This document shows, piece after piece, positions 53,601 to 64,000 of a stretch of DNA of 64,000 nucleotides. The stretch lies in NCBI GenBank assembly GCA_964035575.1, contig OZ037833.1:2170001-2234000 (forward strand), written 5' to 3'. Origin of the DNA: Rhynchopus sp. YZ270_cl-10 (lineage: Eukaryota). Each line of letters opens with the position of its first letter. The stretch's first letter is position 1. Below the pieces are notes generated by a model. The model was given only the letters and a program-made list of their open reading frames with translations. It was not told the origin of the DNA and made no database searches. The translations under genes and the position numbers were made by a program.

Positions 53601-56600
53601 TGTGGCAATCCTTGCCCTCCTGCTGGGGCTCGCTGTTCTTCTTCTTCGCCCCGCTCTTCGAGCAGGCCAGGTCCCACAGGTTCTGCACCTCGCGTTCGGC
53701 CTGCAGCGCCTCGTCGCGAGTCTTGTTTGCCACACGGCGGAGCACGTCGTTCTTTTTGTCAATGCCACCTCCGTCCGCAAAGCGCGACAGCAGCAGTGCA
53801 AACGTTGCCTGGGCCTCGTCAATCGTGATCCCGGTGTGCGCCCCCATGTGCAGGTGGTACGCAATCGAACGCTCTGCGAACTGCGTTGCCAGGTGCTGGT
53901 AGTCCGTCAGGGCACGCTGGTAGGCGTGGGCGCGCTGCTTGATGGTCGCTGACACAAGCCAGCTGTCGCATGTGTCCCACGAGTCCTGCCTGAAGAGGGC
54001 AAGCTGCAGGGACCACCCTCCAAAGGTGATGCACCACAGCAGGTAGCACGCACCTGCAGACAGCACCTGCTGCCCACGCGCGTACGCCGTCAGGTCGCCG
54101 TTCAGGTCCAGCTGGGTCACACAGTCGATCTTGTAGCCACCGCCGTGCGACACGTCGCCTCCAGTCTTGTCCCCAGGAATGAAGTTCTTCCTCTGGGCGT
54201 TGATGTTGTAGAAGTAGCTCCCAATGAGCGTGTCGGGGTCCGACGACGCCACACACAGCGCAGTCATGATGATCTCGCTCCACCCGTCCTTCGACCCGCG
54301 CATGAGCGAGTCAATGAGGTCGAGCTCCTCGCCCTTGTTTCTGTCCTTGAGCACCGCCCTGTCCAGGAGGAAGTGCAGCACGCGCTGCTGCTTCGAGTCC
54401 AGCTGCATCAGTGTCTGCAGCTCGCTCTCGTACGCCAGCTCCTTGGCAAACTCACTCGACATGCACGACGCAAAGAACACCTTGTACACGGCGTAGAAGA
54501 GCACAAGCCTCTTCTGCTGCAGTGTCAGGTCGCTGCTCCAGCCCTTGATCTCGTCCATCACCTGCTTCGTTGCGTCAGTCGTGCGTGCGTCCGTGCACTC
54601 TGTCAGCTTCCTTGTCAGCACCATGTACGGCAGGAACTGTGGTGCAGACGGCTCCGAGATGAACGGGAGGTCGCCAGGCCCGGTCGAGAGAGGCGAGCTG
54701 TTCTGGCACTTCAGCTTCATCCCCTCCCCGCACACAACCACCAGCGCCCCAATGTGCGGCTCCGCCTTCCCAGCCTTCTTCCCAGCCTTCCCTGTGTCAA
54801 GCGGCACCTGGTCCTGCAGGTACGTCAACACCGCCTGCTTCCCCATCCCGCGGAACACACCCACACCCGCCTCCATCGTGTGGATCAGCACCATTGCGTT
54901 GTACTCGCAGTCCGGGTCTGGCCACTGTTGCGACAGCTTCAGGTTCTCCGACGAGTGGTATGCCGGACACTTGAGGCCCTTCGGCTGGGTCAGCTCCCTG
55001 GCCACCTCGGACACAAGCGCCACCTTGGCCTCGTTCTCCATGAGTGTGGGCTGCCACGCCGTCGCCTCGCCCACAGGGCGCTGGAAGGCACAGGCCAGGT
55101 ACTGCAGGAAGGCAATCTCGGACACACGCAGCAGCACCTTCCGTGCCAGAGCCACACCCACATCCTCGCCTGCAGGCGCCACCTTCAGATCCTTCCAGAT
55201 CCGTGCCACGCCTTCCCACCCGGACACGTTAATCAGCTCCCCGCCGATACCCACAAGCATGTCGTAGTACACATCGTACAACGCCACGTACACGGGGCTC
55301 TCGTGCACAGCAATGTTCTTCGACAGCTTTCCGGGGCGCTTCCCGTCCGGCGTGCTGCACGGGGGGTGGAACTTTGCCTCTGCCGCCTGCGCCGCCTTCA
55401 CGCCGCGTGGTGCTGCAGCTACCATGAGCATCGCCGGCATCTCCGTCCGCAGGGACTCCTTTGGCGCCGGCAGCAGCAGCTGCACGATACGCGCACACAT
55501 TGCACGCTCAATCTTCCGCCCCGCAATGCGCTCCAGGATGAACGGCACCAGCGTGCCCGTGTGCTTCTCACCCGTTTGCTGGTGCAGCTTCGCCAGCTCC
55601 AGCACCACCCGTGGGGTTGTTGCAGGGAACTTGTCGAGGACCGACGCAAGCTTCCCCATGTCCAGCGCAAGTGGCGCCTTGACGGCCTGGCATGCGAGGT
55701 TCAGCGACACAGCAGCCGCCACAAGAGCCGGGCTGCTATCCTTCTCCTTCAGGAGTCCCGCAATGACGCCCAGGGCAGGCAGACAGCGGCTCTCGGCATA
55801 CGCCTCGCGTGTCGCACGCCGCAGCATCGACGCACATGCCGTGCAGAAGTGCGCAAGCTCCTCCTTGTCCTTCGCCGTCTTGAAGGACTCCAGCAGCAGC
55901 AGCGGGCCCAGCTCGTGCGACACCCACGACCCCTTCACGGACGTGCTCTTCACAACAAACTTGTCGACTGCGCTTGCCGTCAGCACATCCATCGCCGCCA
56001 GAGGCACCATCGCAAGCACAAAGTCGTCAATCGCCGCAGCCTCCACACAGCACAGCGACCGCACACTCCACACCGTCTCCGGCTCCTTCTTCCCAAACAC
56101 CTCTGCGTGCAGCCCACGTGCCAGCTGGAACACACACGGCACAACCTGGCGCACCACGTTCGCCTCGTTGTACTTGACACGCGCACGGATGCAGTCCTCA
56201 AAGAAGGCCAGCACAGTGTCCTGGTTCTGGTGCACAAGCTCCACCAGGGAGCCCACAATTGTCCCCCCGTGCTTCTCCCGCAGGGCCACAGCCTCCGCCC
56301 TCGCATCCACCGCAGCCGCAGGCACAGGCAGTGAGTCCATCAGACACGACGACCCCGGGAGGGACGGTTTCGTGGCACGCACGTTCAGCGTCGGCATCGT
56401 GGTCACCTTCAGGTGGCGCAGGTGGTGGAACGTCGTCTCCCCAGCCGCAATCTCAAGCGCCTTTGCAATGATCTGGTCCGACTGTTCCAGCAGCGCTTCC
56501 CCGCCCGCCTTCTGCTGCAGGTACAGCAGCGCCGACGCGTTTCTGTCGTCCATCAGGAACCGCAGGGCAAACATGAGGAGCGCCACAGGCGCCTTCTCCT

Positions 56601-59600
56601 TCTCCTCCACAAGACGGTGCGGCAGCGACTGCGCCTTCTCCTGTGCAGCCACGTCGCGTGCCATCTCCACCAGCTCCATGTGCGACGGGATGCGCTCCTT
56701 GTACAGACGCACCAGCGCACGGCGCAGGTAGCGGCAGCACCCCAGCAGTTTGTGTGCCACCTCCACCTGCTCCCCCAGCGCACACTTCATGTCGTACACT
56801 GCTGCAGCCGGGTCGCCGACCTCAAGCTGCGCCCACTTCTTCGAGGCCTCAATCTGCGCCCCCATCAGCGAGTGCATCGCAGTGTCCACCATCGGCTCAA
56901 TGTCCTTCCACTCCGGGGGCTCCTGGCTTGGGAGGCGCCCAATCACAGCGGGCTCCACGTACTCAATCATGTTCACCCCCAGATGCTCCCCAGACACGTC
57001 GATGCACAGCTGGTCCCACCCAGTCCCGAACAGCGGTGTGCATGCGTTTGCCCCAGTCATGCTCAGCGACTGGTACGCCTGCAGCACCACAACAGCCTTG
57101 TTCGTCAGCTGCTCCTTCTCCTTCTCCTTCAGCTCCGGCGTCGAGTCAAGCATCAACCGCACCTCACGTGCAGCAGGGCTCCCCAGCACGTCCGGGCCAA
57201 TGACCATCACAAACACCTTGGCACTTGGGTCCAGGCAGAAGTGGTACAGTGCATCGTGCAGGTCATCCTGCCCCCTCTCCGAGTCCATGAGGTGGTCGAT
57301 CGAGCGGTGGCGCACACCCGGGAGCTTGTCCAGAATGCTGGGGAAGTCCACGTTTGCCGGCGAATACACAACAGACTTCAGCCACAGCTTTTCGGCAGTC
57401 TTGGCCGACACCTGCATCTGCAGGTCTGCCATGTAGCCCGACAGCGACCAGGGGGCCAAGTCACGGAAGTATGCACGCAGGTAGGCTGCCGCATACTCCT
57501 TCAGCACACGCTGTCCCAAGAGCATGTGATCCAGCTGGCACACCTGCAGCATCTTGCACGCCATCTTGCGCCAGCGCGCCTGCTTCTTGTTCGCCCCAAA
57601 GATGAAGTGCTGCAGCGCCTCGTCCGAGGTGATGCGCCGCGAGATGACCACCGGCTGCAGTTTCATCCCGTCAATTGCCTCAAGCATCAGCGACCCAATC
57701 GTCTCCTTCGCAGACGCGGTGAACAGCGCACACCCACGCGCCAGCGACAGCGAGCTCTCCAGCTGCTCCGCCTTCTGGCGCAGCTCACGAAGCTCTGCAG
57801 CCTGGTCCGGGTACATGCGCTCGTCGTGCATCCTGTACTGCACAATGTCCTCCACAGACAGCGTGAACTTCTCAAGACGGTTCAGGAACGGCGAGGGAAG
57901 CACATCCCCCATGCCCCCCAGCTCCTTCTTCGTCACGTGCACAATGCACTGGAAGTTGCGGTGCACCTGCTTGTACTCCAGGGCCGCACCAATCGCAATG
58001 GGCACAAAGTGGTTCACCTCGTTGTTCCCCGAGCACGACACCACGTAGTTCTGGTTAAACACGTCAAACAGGCACGCATCAATCTCGCGCGTGTTTGTCA
58101 ACCACACGGTCTTCCCCGTCTCCATAGCAGCCACAATCTGCGACACCACCGTCACCGGCATCAGCTTGTCCCCCTGCGACAGTGCAGACAGCGAGAGCAC
58201 AGAGATGTCCTTGAAGGACGGGATCTCCATCTGCTTCAGCAGCTGCAGCATCGACCCGTCGTCGGTGGTGTCCACAATGAGCTTGAACCGCACCCACATG
58301 TCGTTCAGGTTCTTCCCGGACGCCCCGTCCGTCGCACGGTTGTTGTCTGCAATCGAGTCGAGAATTGTCTCCAGGTTCGGGCGCAGCAGCGTTTTGAGGG
58401 CCGCAGCCGAGTACTGCGCACCCGCCGCCGCCTCCAGGGCAGCGCCGTACACACGCAGCACCTTGTCAAAGTACTCGTGCGGACCGTTCATGTTCCGCTG
58501 CAGCGCACGTGCCACCACAAGCGGGTTCAGGTTGATGTTTGTGTCCCCCACAAGGCGCCCCGCCATCTCCTGGTTCCGCCGGATGTACCTCATCAAGTGG
58601 AACAGGTCGCGCAGGCCGTACCACCAGCGGCACTCTGCGTGTCCGTCGTACCCGGGGATCTCCTTCCCGTCCTTGTCCAGCTTCGGCGGCGGCACAAGCG
58701 TGTGGAACGCGTTGCACAGAACAGGGATCACCTTCTGCCCCTCGGGGCTCAGCCCCGCCATTCCCTGGTTGTGCAGGATGCCTGCACACATGTTCGTCAG
58801 CTCCTGCGGCTCGGGCTCGGCCATGTACACCACAATGCAGCGGTTTCCAATGGCTGGGTCGAGGGTCGCGTTCGTCATGAGCACAGAGGCCAGGTTCGCC
58901 CCCTCGAGGTAGTAGTGCAGCACCTTGAGGGCCCACTTGTGGCCGTCCCCCTCACCACGCACAAGCCCCGCCTCGTCCACAAAGAGCAGCGCACGCTTGT
59001 TCTTCGCCCCAGCCTCATCGTTCTCAGTCTGTTTCTGGTGTGCCTCCTCACACTTCTTCTTGATCTCCTCCGCAGACGACTGTGCCGACCCCTGGTACCG
59101 GCAGATGTGCGAGATGTGGCAGAAGTCCTGCCAGAAGTTCCCTGTTCCAGTCATGTTGTCGCGGATGATGTTGTTCGACAGTGTCTTCGACGTTCCCGGT
59201 GCGCCCTCCAGAATCACCGCCAGGCGGATGTGGAAGCACACCATCTGCACAAACAGGTTCTCCATCAGCCCCTGGTGCGCGTACACAGCCTCGGGCAGGT
59301 GCAGGTGGTCCTTGTGGCAGAAGTGCGACACCGCCTTCTTAACAATCGCCGCAAACGTCACCTCCTGTGCCATGGGCTTGATGTTCCCGCGGTCGCCCTC
59401 AACTGGCACGTGCGCCGGGTCCTTGCTCTCCACCGCAAGCTGCTCGAGCTTCTCCGTCAGCTTCGTCGACAGCTGTGCACGGTCGTCCGGCCCAAAGCGG
59501 AAGTAGTAGCTCACAGCAATCCCCATGAGCATCGCAGAAAGCGACCTGTTCCACACATCCTCTGTCGACTTCCCGTCAAGTGTGAAGTCAAGGCCCTGCT

Positions 59601-62600
59601 TGAAGAAGTAGTCAAAGAGCTTCATCGTGCGGTGGATGTCACGCTGCGACACCGTCGAACGCTTCTCCTGCATCTTGATCTGCGCAAACTTGTGCGCATC
59701 CAGCAGCAGCTTCGACAGCGCCACAATCTGGTTCGGGCGGATGTCCGCAGAGAACAGGTTGCGCGACTGCTTGATCAGACGCATCACGAACATGTCGCGC
59801 TGCCCCTCCGCCAGCTGCTTCCACGGCACCACGTGGTGCATCAGCGACGGCGGCATCGGCGTCACGTCAAACCCGAGGGCCCCTGCAGCACCCGAGTTTG
59901 TCTTCTCCCCGGCCGCCATGTCCGCAACCCCCTCAAGCGAGGCGTCCTTCTTCGACGGGTTCACTGCCCCAACAAAGGCAATGTTCTCGGGGATGCGGCC
60001 CTGCAGCGGTGGGTATTCGTCCTCCCACTTCGACCAGTAGCGGTCCACAACAATGCGCTTCACAAGCCCAAGCATCTTCGTCGCGTTCATCTCGTCAATC
60101 ATAATCATGAAGCGGATGTTTGGGCACTGCACTGCACGCAGCAGCGACGGCAGCATCTGCTCGTACAGCATGTCCGTTGTCATGTCGTAGCGCATCAGAA
60201 TGAACAGTGTCGTTGACTCACGCTTCAGGTCCACCACACGTGCCAGGGTGTTCCCCAGCGCCTCCCCGAGCGCCTTCGTGTCTGTGCGGCCTCCCGTGTC
60301 CGCAAGCTCTGCCAGCAGGTCCGGCGGCACACTCAGAATCGGCGACTTGGACACCTCCTCACGCACCATCTCCTTCACCAGTCGGCACAGACGGTCAGCC
60401 TTCCCCTTCAGCATCGGCACAGCACTGCGTGCCCACGCCTGCATCGCCTCGTACTTGTGCCGGCGGGCCAGGATCTTCACAAAGTCGTCGTGCACGGAGC
60501 CTGCAAGCTCGCGCATCCGCTCCGAGGAGAGACGTGACTCCATCTGCTGCACCATCTCAAGCGACAGGAACCCGCCACTCACACGGCTCAGCTCGCGCGT
60601 CAGCTCCTCAATCGCAGCACGCAGCGCAGCAATGTCCGCATTCGCATCAAATAGCAGGTTCGCAGACTTCTTCAGCGACGGCTTCTTGTCGTCGTTGATC
60701 ACCTTCGCCACGTCTGGGAAGGACATCTCATCCTTGATGCACGGACCCACACACTCCAGCAGCCCCTCGCGCACGTAGTTCAGACCGTCCTTGTTCTTCC
60801 GCTCCACCAGCCTGTCCAGGCAGTCCAGCACGTTCTGGTACGGCTTCACATGCTCCGCACCCCACACAACCGCCTTCCCGTTGATGCGCACATCCGACTC
60901 GTTGTCAGGGAACATCTGCTTCAGCGGCTTGTTGATGCGCAGGAACACGTTGATGGCACTCTGCAGGTCACGGAACCCCTCGCGCTTCAGGTGCGCCGAC
61001 GGACGCGTCGGCAGGTGCAGAAGCTCAGACAGAATCATGATTGCGTACGACTTCCCTGTCCCTGACGGCCCCTGCAGAATGGCAGGGTCGTTCAGGTCAA
61101 TGTGCGTCGACAGCTGGATCAGCTTCTGCAGGAAGTCTGGGATCAGCACATAGCTCTTGTCGCGCAGACACCCCACCGCCAGCTTTGTGTCCACCATCAG
61201 CTCGTCGCACAGCATCTCCAGGAGACGGTGGAAGGGTGCGTCCCGGCTCGACTTTTCCATCGTTGGGATCATCACCCCGTCGCGCGACATCGCACGCAGG
61301 TTCCGCTCAATGTCCTGCCACATCTTACCCAGCGCAGTCGCCATATCCGGCGGCAGCTTCCCGGAGAGGAGCATGTGGTCTGTGTACTTCTTCACGTCAC
61401 CAGGGTCGCAGATCACGTGGTAGTGGTCGGGGCGCGTGGGTGTCACAAAGTGGCCCATCTCGTGGATGATCCCCTCGGCAATCACCAGACACGACGACGT
61501 CCCCGACAGGTTCCGTGGGCGGTCCTTGTCGGTCGGCTGGAACTTGCGGAACTTCTTGATTGCGTACTTCAGCGCACGTGTGATGAAGCGTGCCGACAGC
61601 GGCTCAAGCGACTCCTTGAATGCTGCGTACTCCTCCGAGTCCTGCTCAGGCGCCTTGTTCAGCCCAAGGGCCAGCATGCGCACCAGCACGTCGTCCTCAA
61701 TCCGCTTCAGGGGCGGGATGTACTCACGCAGGAACTTCAGCATCGCCGGGGCATCGTGGTGGTGGCTCGAGTTGTATGGGTACAGCTTCCCGCGCTCCGC
61801 AATACCCTGGCACGCCAGGATTGTGATGTCCGAGCTCCCGTCCGACCGGATCCACGGCGGGTTCACGTCGTGTCCCACCTCCTTCTCAGGCGGACGCTGC
61901 AGCTCCACCACCAGATGCCAGCCCTTTGGCGGGAGCGACGCCGACAGCCCGGAGTTGCTCTGGATGCGCCCGAAGAAGATGAGCGAGTCGAGCACCTGGT
62001 TCACAAGGCCCGGCTCTGTGTCATGACCGATGTGCACGTACAGCAGCCCCTCCTGCCTCCGCAGCGGGCCCATCAGACGCCGGCACACCTCACACAGCGA
62101 CTCTGTCGTCGAGTCCAGGTCCAGACGCGTCGGCGTCACACCCTTCCCCCACGTCCCCTTCGCGGTTTCAAACTCAATCGCAAAGGTCTTCCCCATCCCC
62201 GCCTCCTGTGCGTAGTACGTGATCGACTTGAACTTGTTGAGTGTCATCGCACGCTGCAGGGCCCACTTCTTCCACCGCATGTCGCACATCGAATCCACAC
62301 TCTCAATTGTCTCGTCAGTCCCGTCCCCACCCGTCACAATCGCAAGCATCTCCTTGTCCTTCGACTCGTTCCCCTCAATGCACGCACGCACAAGGTTCCG
62401 TGACTCCGAGTTCAGTGCCTGCAGGTTTAGCACAACCATACGCCCTGTCTTCAGGTGTCTGAAGAGCGTCACAAACGCAGTCGCATCCTCCTCCAACGTG
62501 CTCTCCGTGCAGTCCAGCACGTGGTACGGGCGCACGTCACCCTCAAACAGACTCAGCCCAAACAGCTTCCTGTCTGCCATGGGGATCCGGCTGGTGTCCA

Positions 62601-64000
62601 CGATCGCCCCCTCCACGGTGTGTCCCACCATCACTCCGTACCGTGCCACCTTCTTGTCGTAGTTATTCACACTGCGTGGGTCCACGGCAGCTCCCTTCAC
62701 CTCAAACAGCAGCTGTCCAATGCGCTGCAGCTGCACAAGCGCACTCTCCCGCACGGCTGTCTGTGCCTCCGCCGCAGACGCCCAGTCCACACGCAGCTCA
62801 ATCCCGCTGTCCGAGCCCTTTGCCGCCGCCACCAAGGCACGGCGCAGGTCCGGGCCCTTCACCCAGATGTCGCACGCCTTGTTGATGATGTGGCAGCCAG
62901 CAAGCTCGTCTGCCGTCATCATGTCCGCGTCCAGCTCCGTTGCACTCACAGAGTGGATGTGCGTCTCAATGTTCACCATCGGCATCAGCTTCGGCACACG
63001 GTGGTCCACCTCCGCGGCTGCGTCCCAACCCGTCCCGAACTCGGCCTTCGTCCAGCACAGCCCACGCGAGTCCTGCCTCAGCATGCTCTCTGACTGGAAC
63101 GCTGCCACCCGGATGCGCGTGTCAGAGCTCCACGAGCTTCCGCTGCCCCAATGCCACGACGTGCAGCAGTGCGGGAGCTCCTCTGGGTTCGACGAGCTGT
63201 AGTACGCCTTCACCGCCCCCGAGGTGTCGTTAGCACATCCGATGTCCGTCACCACCCAGCGACGCACCGCCTTGCTCCAGAAGAGCGCGTGCGTGCTGTT
63301 CGCGTACCACACCTTCCCGCCCTGCTGTGTCGTCTGCAGCTTCATCAGTCCACCGGGCTGCACAGGCGTCACAATGCGGATCACCTGCGGCACGCTGCTG
63401 AACCCGCGCACGGTCGTCCACTTCAGACTGCGGGTGCCAAGCTCCACGTTCCCGTCCGTCGCAGACGAGAATGCCACCGGCCTGTCCACGGGGTCGGACA
63501 CACACCACCTCCCGTTCCAGTGGAAGAGCTGGTACTTGTTGTCCTTGCGCACGTACGTCGGTACACCGCGCTCGTACAGACCGTCCGCAGGGCCCACCGG
63601 CGGCACACCCTTCGCACCTGCCCGCATCGGCGGCAGCTTCGGGTCGCGTGTCCCGCGGATCACCACTGCAGGCGACCCGTTCACCGCAGACGCCTCCTCT
63701 GCCTGCAGCGTCACCTCGGTCGCCTCTGCCGTCCCGTCAAACAGCACGTACGGCACAAGAGGGCCCTCCGCACGCGGGAAGTCCTGCAGCGTTGCTGTGT
63801 GCACCAGACGCTCCCCGTTGCGGATCACGTCCACAGTCCCCTCCCCAAGGTCCACCGTGAACTGGTAGATCACAAGCTGGTCGAGAGGACGCACCCCCGC
63901 CTCCTTCGCCACCTTCCCTGTCGCAGCCACGGTTCCCGGCTCCTGCAGGTTGTACACGCTTCCGTTGTCAAGAATGGTCATCCCGAAGAACGAGTGTCCC
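50613..64000 (-). CDS. Giant RNF213 (mysterin)-like multi-AAA+ protein, 5'-truncated by the window edge, at least 4264 aa
   Basis: RNF213-type motif order: AGMGKT, GPSGTGKS, IMIDEMN, FVGAVNP, VSQRDIHR, GAPGTSKTLS, YQGSAQSS, LFVDEAGL, LDPAIGNR, YGLRDLF, AMETGKTVWLTN...LFDVFNQNY, PFLNRLEK. Exons: >63999..53044, 52926..52771, 52656..52576, 52378..51041, 50876..50613. Introns: 53043..52927, 52770..52657, 52575..52379, 51040..50877 (donors GTATGT x3 and GTATTG, all CAG acceptors, all phase 0). The frame is open to the window edge. Confidence 0.9.

Noticed and set aside
54145..62403. Long + strand ORFs (54145..56334, 56413..60216 of 1267 aa, 61102..62403)
   Set aside because: Antisense shadows of the GC3-rich RNF213-like CDS, with H/L/R/V-rich composition and no motifs.
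1..64000. tRNA, rRNA, snRNA or spliced-leader RNA genes
   Set aside because: None recognised by eye. A covariance-model search (tRNAscan-SE, Infernal/Rfam) is needed to exclude them.

Overview
Eukaryotic (protist-like) genomic DNA. All 13 supportable protein-coding genes lie on the minus strand, separated by T-rich (minus-sense) spacers, as in a euglenozoan-type unidirectional gene cluster. Several genes are nevertheless split by short GT-AG introns with a GTATGT-like donor, which suggests a diplonemid or early-branching kinetoplastid; this is inference only. The genes are: a CCCH zinc-finger protein, a GT61 glycosyltransferase with an apparent tandem domain, a spliced MGCxxS-LRR-dual-specificity phosphatase, a PLAC8 protein, an EF-hand + cyclic-nucleotide-binding channel, two tandem atypical protein tyrosine phosphatases, three hypothetical proteins, a saposin/Canopy-like ER protein, a 3221-aa NO VEIN/sacsin-type GHKL ATPase with a C-terminal DUF3883 nuclease domain, and the 3' part (at least 4264 aa) of a giant RNF213/mysterin-like AAA+ protein. 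The gene-poor 5.7-9.9 kb and 12.5-23 kb intervals hold non-autonomous DNA transposons with identifiable TIRs and target-site duplications (three hAT-like, one nested Mutator-like), a 261-bp tandem repeat, hairpins, and four families of short co-oriented dispersed repeats. The best candidate for a novel system is the RNF213-like protein, which appears to lack RING and RZ fingers, lying close to the NOV ATPase-nuclease: a possible protist cell-autonomous defence locus. Eight of nine reconstructed introns are phase 0, and most are near 3' ends. No rRNA, tRNA or CRISPR was recognised.
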